From Bacteroidota bacterium (GTDB lineage: Bacteria > Bacteroidota > Bacteroidia > UKL13-3), in the NCBI GenBank assembly GCA_947507965.1, contig CANNQU010000006.1, positions 1,275-65,274 of the forward strand: 64,000 bases of DNA, written 5' to 3'. This document shows positions 30,158 through 40,747 of the stretch, piece by piece; position 1 is the stretch's first letter, and each line of letters begins with the position of its first letter. Position numbers and translations under genes: made by a program. The notes under the pieces were generated by a model. The model did not search any database and was not told the DNA's origin. It saw only the letters and a list, made by a program, of their open reading frames with translations.

Positions 30158-31987
30158 TTAAAACATTCTTTCTAAATCGTCCAGTGAAATGGTGCGTACG
30201 ATAATTTTTCCGTCTGCCGTTTGGTAAGGCATGGTGCACGCAAAGAGCTCGTCAACCATATTTCGCATTTCCTCATTTCCTAAGGTTTTACCGTATTTAA
30301 TACTTAATCGTTTCGATAAACTTCTGGCAACACTTTCCCGCTTGGTGATTTTTACGTCGGTTTTGTATGTTTTATACTGTTCGAGCATGCCCTCAAATAA
30401 TTCCTGAGGGCTATTGTTGTTCGCTTCTGCCGGCAGTCCATTAATTACAACCTGATTATTTCCAAAATCATCGAGCACAAAACCCAAGGCCCGAAATTCA
30501 TGCATTAATTCCTGAAATAATACCATATCGCCGGCATTAAACTGGATGACAATAGGAAACAATACGTGTTGGCTCATGCCCGTGTTTTTCTCCATCTCTT
30601 CCAAATAACGTTCGTACAGTATCCTCTCATGTGCTGCCTGTTGGTCGATAAGCATCATCCCACTTTTAATGGATGAAACAATATACCGTTTGTGAAACTG
30701 CATGAATTGTTTTTGTATATCGTCTTCATTTTGCAAGTCGTTGCTCAACGAAGGCTGTATGATATGCTTTTCTACCGAGGCTGTGCTGTTTTCTGAAGGA
30801 GTATACAGTTGTTGCCAGTTTTTTTGATTGTCTTGTTCGCGATAGCTCGGTTCGCGTTGGGTATAGTTATCCTTGTTGAAGGGGTTGAAGTTTTGATCTA
30901 CTCTTATTTCCGGGGGAAACGGAATTTCATCCTTTCCAAAGAAATTAGGATTGAAATTTTGTATATCAGATGGCGCCTCGAAGTCGAATTGAGGGGTGAT
31001 GGTATGTTGCCCTAAAGTTCGTTTGACGACGGCCTTTAAAATGGTGTATAAATTCTTTTCATCACGAAATTTTATTTCTGTTTTTGTAGGGTGAACATTA
31101 ATATCAATCGTTGACGGGTCTAAGTCGATGAATAACACATAAAAAGGGAAGTTGTCGGTAGGCATCAAATCTTGATAAGCACCTACTACCGCATGATTGA
31201 GATAGGAGTTTTTAATAAAACGCTGGTTAACAAAGAAAAATTGTTCGCCTCTGGTTCTTTTGGCAAAGTCGGGTTTGCCTACAAAACCATAGATTGATGC
31301 GAGCTGTGTCGATTCATTGACGGTTAAAATTTGTTCTTTGTATTTTTCTCCAAACAATCCAATGATACGCTGTTTCAAGGTTCCGGATAGAACGTGAAAA
31401 ACATCACTATCATTGTTGGTCATCGAAAATCCAATATGTGGATTGGCTAACGCTACCCTTAAAAATTCTTCGATAATATGATTTGCCTCTACCGAATCGC
31501 TCTTTAAAAAAGTACGGCGTGCCGGAACATTAAAAAACAAGTTTTTTACCGAAATGGTTGTACCTACCGGTGTTGCCACTACTTCTTGCATCTTTACCTG
31601 ACTGCCCTCAATAACAATCTGCGTGCCTACTTCATCTTCTGCCCTTTTGGTTTTCATGTCCACTTGAGCTACCGCGGCTAAGCTAGCCAATGCCTCCCCT
31701 CTAAATCCGAAAGTTTGTAAAGAAAACAGATCTTCAATGGCCCTGAGCTTACTCGTGGCATGCCGCTCCCAACAAAGCCGAGCGTCAACCTCACTCATGC
31801 CTGAACCATTGTCTGTAATTTGTATTAGGGCCTTTCCTCCTTCTCTTATATTTAAGGTGATTTTGGTCGCCTTTGCATCAACACTATTCTCTAAAAGTTC
31901 TTTCACTACACTGGATGGGCGTTGCACAACTTCTCCGGCCGCTATTTGATTTGCGGTATGATCAGGTAATAAATTGATGACTCCCAT
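30158..31987 (-). CDS. mutL: DNA mismatch repair protein MutL
   Basis: NQIAAGEVVQRP, ELLENSVDA, GFRGEALAS, DQQAAHERILYE. Confidence 0.96.
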   Translation of the reverse strand: MGVINLLPDHTANQIAAGEVVQRPSSVVKELLENSVDAKATKITLNIREGGKALIQITDNGSGMSEVDARLCWERHATSKLRAIEDLFSLQTFGFRGEALASLAAVAQVDMKTKRAEDEVGTQIVIEGSQVKMQEVVATPVGTTISVKNLFFNVPARRTFLKSDSVEANHIIEEFLRVALANPHIGFSMTNNDSDVFHVLSGTLKQRIIGLFGEKYKEQILTVNESTQLASIYGFVGKPDFAKRTRGEQFFFVNQRFIKNSYLNHAVVGAYQDLMPTDNFPFYVLFIDLDPSTIDINVHPTKTEIKFRDEKNLYTILKAVVKRTLGQHTITPQFDFEAPSDIQNFNPNFFGKDEIPFPPEIRVDQNFNPFNKDNYTQREPSYREQDNQKNWQQLYTPSENSTASVEKHIIQPSLSNDLQNEDDIQKQFMQFHKRYIVSSIKSGMMLIDQQAAHERILYERYLEEMEKNTGMSQHVLFPIVIQFNAGDMVLFQELMHEFRALGFVLDDFGNNQVVINGLPAEANNNSPQELFEGMLEQYKTYKTDVKITKRESVARSLSKRLSIKYGKTLGNEEMRNMVDELFACTMPYQTADGKIIVRTISLDDLERMF

Positions 31988-32150
31988 ACCCTGCAAAAAT
32001 AAGGGTTCTCTACGACTAAAGTCTCCGATTTTTATCTGGCCTCACCAATGGTCTTCTTTTTAACGCCCCAACACACGAAGTGTAGCTTGCATTCGACGAA
32101 GAAAATTCTTGCACTAAAAACAAATAAAAAATTAGTTTTGCTTTCTTCTT

Positions 32151-33551
32151 ATGCTGTTTAACTCGTTTGCATTTATACTTTTCTTTCCCCTGGTGGTGGG
32201 ATGTTACTTTTTGTTGCCTCAGCGTTTTCGAAATATTTTTTTATTGGCATGTAGCTGCTATTTCTATATGTACTTTAACCCTATTTACATATTAATTTTA
32301 GCCTATACTATCGCAGTCGATTTTTTTGTCGGAATCAAAATAGAAAATAATTTTGGAAATAGGAGAGCCCAGAAAATATGGCTATATGCCTCTCTGGTTG
32401 CGAATATAGGGGCATTGGCTTTTTTTAAGTACGCCAACTTTGTATGGGAAAATATCTCTTCGGCCCTATCTCTTGCTAGTATTAATCCGTCTTTTTCTTT
32501 GCCCGCTATTTTACTGCCTATTGGCCTTTCATTTCATACGTTTCAGGCCATAAGCTATTCGGTAGAAGTGTATCGTGGAAAGCAGAAAGCAGAGCGAAAT
32601 ATCCTCGTCTATTCTTTGTATGTGATGTTTTTCCCCCAGTTGGTTGCCGGTCCTATCGAACGTCCACAAAGACTTTTGCATCAATTCACCGGTAAACATT
32701 ACTTCACCTACTCCAATTTTTCTATCGGAGCAAAATGGATTCTTTGGGGGCTGTTTAAAAAAGTAGTGGTGGCCGATAATCTTTCAACGTTAGTGGATGC
32801 TGTTTATAATTCTCCTCAGAGTCATACCGGATTGGCATTGCTGGCGGCCACAGGGCTCTTTGCATTTCAAATTTATGGCGACTTTAGTGGCTATAGTGAT
32901 ATGGCTAAGGGTATTGCTAAAATTATGGGTTTCGATTTAAGTATAAATTTCAATTTGCCTTATTTCTCTGCTAGTGTAAGTGAATTCTGGAGGAAATGGC
33001 ATATCTCCCTCTCCAGTTGGTTTAAAGAGTACGTGTACGTTCCTCTGGGAGGTAATAAAGAAAATTTTTTCAGGAATTTGTTTATCACCTTTGCCCTGAG
33101 CGGGCTATGGCATGGCGCTAATTTCACCTATCTTGTGTGGGGTGTTCTCAATGGTATATTGGTGTTCATGGATAAATACGTCTTCAAAATCCCTTTTAAT
33201 ATACCCCGTTTCCTGAAAATGGCGATGGCATTTCTTTTGATCGATTTCTGTTGGATATTTTTCAGATCTTCCTCGCTCTCCGACGCCTCCTATATCATCA
33301 CGCACGCTTTCACCAATTGGTCTTGGTACACCTTAAATACCATAGCGGTGGAACGCCATACCTGGTTCATTGCACTCTCCATGCTTGCTTTCATGCTCAC
33401 TGTTGAGTGGCTTACAAAAGCAAAATCGGTCATCGGATGGTGGAATGAAACGGCGCGAGAGTATAAAATTATATTCCTCAATGTTTTACTTATTTTAATG
33501 CTTCTTTTTGGGGTGTTTGAACATCGTACTTTTATCTACTTTCAATTTTAG
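32151..33551 (+). CDS. MBOAT family O-acyltransferase (AlgI/PatA/DltB-like)
   Basis: MLFNS, LPIGLSFHTFQ, FFPQLVAGPIER, EFWRKWHISLSSW, GLWHGA, FIYFQF. Confidence 0.93.
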   Translation: MLFNSFAFILFFPLVVGCYFLLPQRFRNIFLLACSCYFYMYFNPIYILILAYTIAVDFFVGIKIENNFGNRRAQKIWLYASLVANIGALAFFKYANFVWENISSALSLASINPSFSLPAILLPIGLSFHTFQAISYSVEVYRGKQKAERNILVYSLYVMFFPQLVAGPIERPQRLLHQFTGKHYFTYSNFSIGAKWILWGLFKKVVVADNLSTLVDAVYNSPQSHTGLALLAATGLFAFQIYGDFSGYSDMAKGIAKIMGFDLSINFNLPYFSASVSEFWRKWHISLSSWFKEYVYVPLGGNKENFFRNLFITFALSGLWHGANFTYLVWGVLNGILVFMDKYVFKIPFNIPRFLKMAMAFLLIDFCWIFFRSSSLSDASYIITHAFTNWSWYTLNTIAVERHTWFIALSMLAFMLTVEWLTKAKSVIGWWNETAREYKIIFLNVLLILMLLFGVFEHRTFIYFQF

Positions 33552-33555
33552 AATC

Positions 33556-34500
33556 ATGAAAATACTGACACGGATAATTTATAAAACAATCGTATACTCT
33601 TCACCCGCTTGGCTGTTTTATTTTTATTTAGAGTATCGCCTCGGCATTCTTGAAAATTCATATTCCTTTAAAATCCAACACTTTAATGCAATAAAAGACA
33701 GTTGCAGGGTTTTGGTGCTAGGTAATTCGGAAATGATGAAAGGAATAAATCCGGATTTTATTCCTCAGCCAGCCTTTAATATGGCTCACGTAAGCCAAAA
33801 TTATGTGGTTGACGAGCTTATTCTTCAAAAATATATCAGTCAGTTACCTCAACTAAAACTGGTGGTTTTGGGATTGTCATATCTCTCTTTTGGCGATGAT
33901 TTGCAAAATGGGGAAGAGACATGGCGGATTTCATTTTATAAGAAGCATTACGGAGTAGCATTAAATAATGGTTTCGATGCAAAGGATTATTCTAACACGT
34001 TGCGCTACACCCCCTACGAAGCCTTTAAATTGTGCCTCAATAATTTCAATACCGATTTGGTTAATGGCATTCAAGCCAACGGTTGGATGCAAGCCATAGG
34101 ATCCGATTCCACTCATCTGACGGATGAATTTGCAAGGCAAAGAGCGACTATGCATACCAAAAGTTTGAGACTTGAAAATGTTTCCAAGAATATTATGGCT
34201 CTCCGAAATATAATCGTGTTATTGAAAAAGAGGAATATAAGAATCCTACTCATGGCTCCTCCGGTAATGCAAAATTATTCTCGATGTTTAGATCAATCAT
34301 GGCTTGCTAGAAATGATAGTTTGGTGAACCTTCTTACGTTAGAATATAAACTGGAAGTAGTTGATTTTACCAAAGCGAATGATTCATTCTATAATACTTT
34401 TGAAGGAGGATTCAGTGATGTAAATCATTTGAACAAAGATGGAGCAGATTGGCTGGGCATCGTTTTGGGTTGCTATGTGTTTGAAACAAAAAAAGAATAG
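33556..34500 (+). CDS. SGNH/DltD-like periplasmic partner of the MBOAT protein
   Basis: VLGNS block I and FSDVNHLN (DxxH); ATG 4 bp after the MBOAT stop. Confidence 0.7.
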   Translation: MKILTRIIYKTIVYSSPAWLFYFYLEYRLGILENSYSFKIQHFNAIKDSCRVLVLGNSEMMKGINPDFIPQPAFNMAHVSQNYVVDELILQKYISQLPQLKLVVLGLSYLSFGDDLQNGEETWRISFYKKHYGVALNNGFDAKDYSNTLRYTPYEAFKLCLNNFNTDLVNGIQANGWMQAIGSDSTHLTDEFARQRATMHTKSLRLENVSKNIMALRNIIVLLKKRNIRILLMAPPVMQNYSRCLDQSWLARNDSLVNLLTLEYKLEVVDFTKANDSFYNTFEGGFSDVNHLNKDGADWLGIVLGCYVFETKKE

Positions 34501-34526
34501 CCCATAGTTTATGTTCTATGGGCTAT
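34497..34526. terminator. Hairpin between convergent genes
   Basis: ATAGCCCATAG...CTATGGGCTAT inverted repeat. Confidence 0.55.
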
Positions 34527-34553
34527 GCTACTGCTAAATGGTGCTTTATGGGC

Positions 34554-35861
34554 TTATAGTTTTAAAAACTCTACTCTTCGATTATTTGCCTTCCCTTCCG
34601 GTGTGGTATTCGGAGCCGTGGCCTCGCCTTCGCCTTTCCCATCTGTTTCCATACGCGATGCATCCACTCCAAAGTCCTTACTTAATGAGTTTTTAACAGA
34701 GGCAGCTCTTCTCTTCGATAAATCGAGGTTCGATTTGTCATCGCCATCACTATCCGTATGGCCCACGATTTTCACTTTCACCGTTGGATTATCTTTCAGC
34801 ACCTGAGCAATTTCTTTTAACGTACCATACGATTCGCCTTTTATTTTGTCGGAATTTACATCAAACAAAATACCATGCGTAACGAGTTTTCCATCAGTAA
34901 TTAGTTTGCTGCGCATATCGGCAGCTCCAATCGCCACTCGCACGTTGCTCATAAAAATCGGACCGGCATCATCATTACTAAAATTTAAGCCCGGGTTATT
35001 GGAGAACTTCACTCGGTTAAGTTTTGCATTGGCTGGAAAAGCCTTTGGTAAGTCTAATACTTTTATTTCGTTTACATAAACACGCATCCGTTGTTTTTGA
35101 CCCCAGATAGAGATATGAACTTTTTGATTATAGTAATTCGAATTAGACACCTGAGCACTCGAACCTATTTGATCGGCATCCGTTCCATTCCAGTTAACCA
35201 CATCCCACGAGCTTTGCGTAATAAGCTGTATGGCGGCAGTGCCTAAAGCTACTCCATCACTGTTTACCAGATCCTTATCGGATGAATAAATGGTTAACCC
35301 AAAATACGGATCTTCTTTGCCTTCAGGCTTCTGCATGAGTAGGTCATACTCAAGGGTGAAATTATCAGGAAAAGGAGTGGATAAATTGGGAGAATAAGAA
35401 ACACCAGCACTCCATTTAAGCCAACGACCATCGAAGCTACTTAAGGTAACAACCTCCCCCGATCCATTGGTATTCCAATTTACAGGGAAATCGCCAATTG
35501 CATCCTGTGTAAAATCCTCATAGAAAATTACCTTATCGCCCGGGATAAAATCATATTTGGAGAAACTCTTTATATCATCTTTGCCTGATGGTGGAGTCGG
35601 TTTGCTATCTGTATTCTGTTTTTCAGAAGTATTTTCCTTCGAATTCGAATCCGTGGTCTTCGTTTTCGAATCTTTGTCCTTTTTCTTGGTGCTCTCCTTT
35701 GCTGCCGCTTCTGTTTCGTCGAGGCCCTTATCTATACCTTCATCTACTTTCTGTTCAACCCGTTGGTTTACTTTGTCCTTCACCTTACCACGAATGTCAA
35801 TTTGCGATTTTCCGAAATAGCTCACGCTGATAACGGATAAGAAGAGAATTAATTTTTTCAT
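34554..35861 (-). CDS. OmpA family protein
   Basis: C-terminal ILFDVNSD, IVGHTD, NLDLSKRRAASV, NRRVEF; signal peptide and central beta-rich domain. Confidence 0.9.
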   Translation of the reverse strand: MKKLILFLSVISVSYFGKSQIDIRGKVKDKVNQRVEQKVDEGIDKGLDETEAAAKESTKKKDKDSKTKTTDSNSKENTSEKQNTDSKPTPPSGKDDIKSFSKYDFIPGDKVIFYEDFTQDAIGDFPVNWNTNGSGEVVTLSSFDGRWLKWSAGVSYSPNLSTPFPDNFTLEYDLLMQKPEGKEDPYFGLTIYSSDKDLVNSDGVALGTAAIQLITQSSWDVVNWNGTDADQIGSSAQVSNSNYYNQKVHISIWGQKQRMRVYVNEIKVLDLPKAFPANAKLNRVKFSNNPGLNFSNDDAGPIFMSNVRVAIGAADMRSKLITDGKLVTHGILFDVNSDKIKGESYGTLKEIAQVLKDNPTVKVKIVGHTDSDGDDKSNLDLSKRRAASVKNSLSKDFGVDASRMETDGKGEGEATAPNTTPEGKANNRRVEFLKL

Positions 35862-36116
35862 AAAAAAGAGAATTTTTTTGAGTTATTGTACTTTAGTATT
35901 TGAATTATAAAGTCAGTAGCGTTTGAATTTCATCAAACAGCATGACAAATAGTAATGCAAATAAGAAAAAAAAACAATACCATACAACAAATAGGTGTTA
36001 ATTGATTTCTCTGACTAATTAATAAAAGGGGCTGACACCTGGTTTGTGAAGCACGCTAATTCTTAGTTTTCTTTTTCATTCTAAGCTCGATGGCATCATG
36101 GGATAAAATTAGACAC

Positions 36117-36150
36117 AAAAAAACAGGCTGTCGTTAGGCAGCCTGTTTTT
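36117..36150 (-). terminator. Intrinsic terminator after the Omp28-like gene
   Basis: AAAAACAGGCTG...CAGCCTGTTTTT stem with A/T tails. Confidence 0.75.
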
Positions 36151-36164
36151 ATAAAATTATTTTA

Positions 36165-37049
36165 TTATTGAACGTCTATCTCTAGGGCGTTTATAATTTC
36201 AAGTTGTCCACGACTAACATAGACCACTACTTTTAGATTATCCACAACCACTGCTCCACCGCCAGTTACAGCCGTTCCATGGTAATCTGCAGGCACGGTA
36301 TAAGTATAGGTTTTACTTACTTTAGCTCCTACTGTTGTTGCTTCACTAATAGCTGCACCCCAGTTTCCGGGAGTAATCATATCTCTTAACACATGGTTCT
36401 CTTCATAATTGTTTGGATCAGGAAGTCCTCCTGATTGCTTTGCCATCAATTTATCTTGAAGCAAAGCCACGTTAATATTATTTGGAACTGTTTCAGCCGC
36501 AGTATAATATAAATCAACCAATACCGTTAATTTACGTGTGGCAGCATCGAAAGTAGCTTTTGCCCCAATATTTACAGGTGCTGGCATAGCCATGATGGCC
36601 GTTGCTGCTTTGCTCCATTGACCTCTATCCATGGTTATTAAACTAAGAGCAGCATTCATTGGGGTAGCACCAACAGAGGCGCATGTGGCGCGATTCATGG
36701 TGCCGGCAGGATATCCCGATGGCTTAGCTTGTGCATCAATGGCCGTGCCCGCTAAGGTAGTGAAGTCGGCCCAACCGGGTTGAGGAACAGCGTAAAGATT
36801 TGCGTTGGTAGCAATAATGATAAATTTACCAGGATTAGCATCTAAAATAGCTTTTGCTCTTACGTGGCCATCAGGGCAGTAACCACAACGTACACCGGTA
36901 AAATCCTCGAGCATCGCTACTCTGTTAGAAGGTGATGTTGAAGCAAGAAATACAGGAACAACGGGGTCGTCTGCCTTCTTCTTTTTACAAGATTGAGTTG
37001 CTGTTGTAAGCAATGTAGCAACGAGAATAAAGGATAAAATACGTTTCAT
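36165..37049 (-). CDS. Omp28-related outer-membrane lipoprotein (thioredoxin-like CxxC)
   Basis: Lipoprotein signal ending QSC-KKKK; LEDFTGVRCGYCP; NHVLRD. Confidence 0.85.
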   Translation of the reverse strand: MKRILSFILVATLLTTATQSCKKKKADDPVVPVFLASTSPSNRVAMLEDFTGVRCGYCPDGHVRAKAILDANPGKFIIIATNANLYAVPQPGWADFTTLAGTAIDAQAKPSGYPAGTMNRATCASVGATPMNAALSLITMDRGQWSKAATAIMAMPAPVNIGAKATFDAATRKLTVLVDLYYTAAETVPNNINVALLQDKLMAKQSGGLPDPNNYEENHVLRDMITPGNWGAAISEATTVGAKVSKTYTYTVPADYHGTAVTGGGAVVVDNLKVVVYVSRGQLEIINALEIDVQ

Positions 37050-37226
37050 GGGTTATTAGGGTTATTAATGAATTGATTTTTTTTTGCAAGTAAATGGAAT
37101 ATTCCCAAACAAAAAAATTATAATTGTAAAATTTTGGCTCTCTCGATTCGAATTTAGGGCCAAATGTTAAAAACTTAATCCAGGTAGTATATCGCTTATT
37201 AATTCTCTTTAGCTTAAAATTGCATA

Positions 37227-37847
37227 ATGAAAGGTTTGTCAAGATATTTTTTTGTTGTACTTCTTTTTTTAGGCACGGATATTTTTGCCCAAGACATCGA
37301 TTCAACGAAAGAAGAAAAGAATGCAATAAAATATAAGCAGGAAGAGGATACAACCGTGCACTCACTTAACTGGAGTGAAATCAAACCGAAATTAGTCTTT
37401 GGCGGTAGCTTGGGTCTCTCTTTTAATGATGGATATACCTTTTTTGAAGTTTCTCCTCAAGTAGGGTATAAAGTTAAAGAGAACACCGTGGTAGGTGCTG
37501 GCTTGCAAATGTTTGGAATCACCAATAAGTATGATTCCTATTTCCAATATGGGCCTGATTTTTTTATTCGGCAGCATTTGTTAAATATTCTTTTTGCTCA
37601 GGCTCAGTTCGAGTATATTAATTTCGAAACGTATGCCTTGCCCGGAAAACGGTATTGGAACCCAGCTTTTCTTCTAGGGTTCGGTTATGGAACGTATGGT
37701 TATAGCTTCGGCCTGTTCACCGATGTTTTACATACGAAGTATAGCGAGTATATTTACCCGGGGCATATTTATTTTGGTCCGAAAACGGGTAAAGGAAGAT
37801 ATCCTTATGGGGTACCCCTGTTTTTTAAGGTGCAGTTATTTTTTTAA
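37227..37847 (+). CDS. Hypothetical outer-membrane beta-barrel protein
   Basis: Signal peptide, FGGSLGLSF, EVSPQVGY, terminal aromatic residues. Confidence 0.65.
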   Translation: MKGLSRYFFVVLLFLGTDIFAQDIDSTKEEKNAIKYKQEEDTTVHSLNWSEIKPKLVFGGSLGLSFNDGYTFFEVSPQVGYKVKENTVVGAGLQMFGITNKYDSYFQYGPDFFIRQHLLNILFAQAQFEYINFETYALPGKRYWNPAFLLGFGYGTYGYSFGLFTDVLHTKYSEYIYPGHIYFGPKTGKGRYPYGVPLFFKVQLFF

Positions 37848-37864
37848 ATCAATAAACGAAGCGT

Positions 37865-39019
37865 ATGCAATTTAACGGTGTAATAAAATCGAAACTCTCT
37901 GGAGTTGGAACAAGCATCTTTACCGTAATGTCGCAGTTGGCTGCCGAGCATGATGCCATTAATCTCGCTCAGGGTTTTCCTAATTTTATGTGCAGTAAGG
38001 ATCTCATTTCATTGGTTAATAAATACATGAATAAGGGGTTTAATCAATATGCTCCAATGCCCGGACTGATGTCCTTACGCGAGCAAATTGCTATAAAAAC
38101 AGAAAAGCTTTATTCTGCAAGATATAATCCCGAAACAGAAATTACGATAACACCAGGTGGAACCCTTGCTATTTATGCCGCCATCGAAGCACTCGTTATA
38201 CCCGGTGACGAAGTGATTATTATTGAACCTTGTTATGATTCTTACACTCCTTCGGTAAGGCTTGCCGGAGGTGTAGCAAAATATGCGCGCCTGCAATTTC
38301 CTAAATTTACAATCGACTGGAATGATGTTAAAAAGTTGGTTTCTTTCAAGACCAAATTAATACTTATCAATACCCCGCATAATCCTACAGGTACTGTGCT
38401 AACAGCCGCCGATATGCAGAAATTAGAGAGAATCGTAGACAACACGGATATCATTGTGATTAGTGATGAAGTCTATGAGCATATCATTTTTGATGAACTC
38501 GAGCATCAGAGTGTTTGCCGTTTTCCTAAGTTGGCCGAACATAGCGTAATTATTAGCTCATTTGGCAAAACATACCATACCACCGGCTGGAAACTAGGCT
38601 ATTTTTTAGCTCCTGAAAATATAACCAAGGAAATCCGTAAAGCATATCAGTTTATGGCCTTTTCTGCGAATACGCCGATACAATATGCCGTTGCAGAGTT
38701 CATAAAAAAGGAAGACGAATACCTTAACCTCTCTGCCTTTTATCAGGAAAAACGCGACTATTTCAGGAAGCTGATTAAAGGAAGTCGGTTTAAATTATTG
38801 AATTGCAATGGGAGCTATTTCCAAAGTATAGGGTATGAAAAAATAAGTGACATGAACGATGTGGAATTTGCAAAGAAACTTACATTAGAAAATAAAATTG
38901 CAACCATTCCTACATCCGTGTTTTATCATAATAATATGGATAATAAAATGTTACGACTCTGTTTTGCAAAAGATAACGAAACACTCGAGAAAGCTGCCGA
39001 TGCACTACTCAATATCTAA
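37865..39019 (+). CDS. PLP-dependent aminotransferase class I (YbdL/methionine aminotransferase-like)
   Basis: INLAQGFP, NTPHNPTG, SDEVYEH, SFGKTYHTTGWKLGY. Confidence 0.9.
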   Translation: MQFNGVIKSKLSGVGTSIFTVMSQLAAEHDAINLAQGFPNFMCSKDLISLVNKYMNKGFNQYAPMPGLMSLREQIAIKTEKLYSARYNPETEITITPGGTLAIYAAIEALVIPGDEVIIIEPCYDSYTPSVRLAGGVAKYARLQFPKFTIDWNDVKKLVSFKTKLILINTPHNPTGTVLTAADMQKLERIVDNTDIIVISDEVYEHIIFDELEHQSVCRFPKLAEHSVIISSFGKTYHTTGWKLGYFLAPENITKEIRKAYQFMAFSANTPIQYAVAEFIKKEDEYLNLSAFYQEKRDYFRKLIKGSRFKLLNCNGSYFQSIGYEKISDMNDVEFAKKLTLENKIATIPTSVFYHNNMDNKMLRLCFAKDNETLEKAADALLNI

Positions 39020-39081
39020 TTTTATTGAATCATAGTTCGGGCAATTCCTATCGGTGCTTGTATTACATCAATAATTTTCTA

Positions 39082-39813
39082 TCATCCTCTGAGTACCTCA
39101 GCTAAAATTAGATGCGATTTTATTTCTCTGAAATTAAGCAAATGAATTTTATAATAATAGATTAATCCAAGCAATAAATTATTTCGTAATTCATTGCCCA
39201 TTTTCACTCCTGGTAAAGAGTCAATCGAAACATCTAATAATTGTTTCAAGGCGAGGCTCTCGTCTTTCATTAAAAAATCGGGGTGTGGGTTTATTTCTGA
39301 GTTGAAAATCCCATCGCGTAAGTTAAAGTAGCAAGCCGATGCGTCTCCGTTGGAGTGAGGATAAAGGCCAAGATAACGGCTATAACGAACCAAAAAGAAA
39401 TGTGGGAAAACGGCAGGTAAGCTTTCGGTTTCATTCATAAATTTTAAGATTTCCTCTATAAATACATATAAATCTTCGTGCGGGGCCTCATCGGCGATGG
39501 TTTTGTAAAGTACTTCTGCCACAAAAAGGGCAATGGCTTGTTTGCTAAAATTACGTTGTATATTATGCAAGGGCTCATAACATCGTGCGTCTTTTAATAT
39601 ATTGAACGCAGAAGCCGTTTTCTTATGGCTCATATCCATCTCCAGCATACTGAAAGGCAAAAACAAAGAAGCAGAAAGGTTGCTTTTTGGGCTTCTAAAA
39701 CCTTTAATCATAAAGCTTTTCAATCCAAAATCTTTCGTGAAAATCTTCACGATGAGTCCACTATCTCCGTATTTCAAAGCGTGAAGTACGATTCCATGCG
39801 TTTTTTGATGCAT
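39082..39813 (-). CDS. recO: DNA repair protein RecO
   Basis: KTHGIVL..KYGDSGLIVKIFT..FG N-terminus; YFNLRDG. Confidence 0.88.
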   Translation of the reverse strand: MHQKTHGIVLHALKYGDSGLIVKIFTKDFGLKSFMIKGFRSPKSNLSASLFLPFSMLEMDMSHKKTASAFNILKDARCYEPLHNIQRNFSKQAIALFVAEVLYKTIADEAPHEDLYVFIEEILKFMNETESLPAVFPHFFLVRYSRYLGLYPHSNGDASACYFNLRDGIFNSEINPHPDFLMKDESLALKQLLDVSIDSLPGVKMGNELRNNLLLGLIYYYKIHLLNFREIKSHLILAEVLRG

Positions 39814-39989
39814 TATTTAGATATAATATAAGTAGTGTAAAACATTTTTAGGTTTTACTTGCACTTTGTTGTGAAAATTCAAATGTACGATTCTATCTTT
39901 GCCAAGTTTTCAAATGGGTTATAGTTTTTAAAAATAGCTCTAATTTTGTACTCATCAAAATATAAGTTTTTTAACCGTTAACGAATACG

Positions 39990-40676
39990 ATGAACTGGTT
40001 TACACAAACACTAACTTCTACGCTTGGCAAAAAGATGGTGATGGGAATCACTGGCTTATTCCTAATCATTTTTCTAATCGTGCATTGTGGCGTTAATGCA
40101 CTTGTTTTTTTTCCAGACGATGGAGAAATGTTTAACAAGGCTGCCCATTTTATGGGCACCAATTTTTTTATTAGGCTTGGCGAAGTCGTGTTGTTTATCG
40201 GAATCCTTTGGCATATCGTTCAATCGCTTATGGTAACCCTTACGAATGTTATGGCACGCCCTCATGGATATGCTAAATTCACGAATAGCAGTCCTTGGTA
40301 CAGTCGTAGCATGGGTTTATTAGGCACACTAATATTAATATTTCTCATTATTCACCTAGCGCATTTTTGGGTTAAATCGCGCATTACCGGAGTGAGTCAT
40401 CAAATTTCATTCGAAGGCAAATCAATGGACAATCTCTACGGTGAAATGGTGACTGTATTTTCTGAATTATGGGTGGTAATTCTCTACGTACTTGCTATGA
40501 TTTCATTGTCGTATCATCTGATGCATGGTTTTCAATCGGCCTTTCAAACCTTAGGTATAAATCATAAAAAATATACCCCGTTGATTCAAATGTTGGGACT
40601 CATTTACAGCATTCTTATCCCACTGGCATTTGCGGCAATGCCCGTTGTCATGTATATTCAATTTTGGTACAACTAG
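39990..40676 (+). CDS. sdhC: Succinate dehydrogenase/fumarate reductase cytochrome b subunit
   Basis: GKKMVMGITGLFL, five TM helices with His ligands, HGFQSAFQTLG. Confidence 0.93.
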   Translation: MNWFTQTLTSTLGKKMVMGITGLFLIIFLIVHCGVNALVFFPDDGEMFNKAAHFMGTNFFIRLGEVVLFIGILWHIVQSLMVTLTNVMARPHGYAKFTNSSPWYSRSMGLLGTLILIFLIIHLAHFWVKSRITGVSHQISFEGKSMDNLYGEMVTVFSELWVVILYVLAMISLSYHLMHGFQSAFQTLGINHKKYTPLIQMLGLIYSILIPLAFAAMPVVMYIQFWYN

Positions 40677-40747
40677 GCGGGTATACTATAACACCCAATC
40701 AAGGCACAAATTAAGAGCATAAAAACGGCTTCAAAAAAGTAAATATC

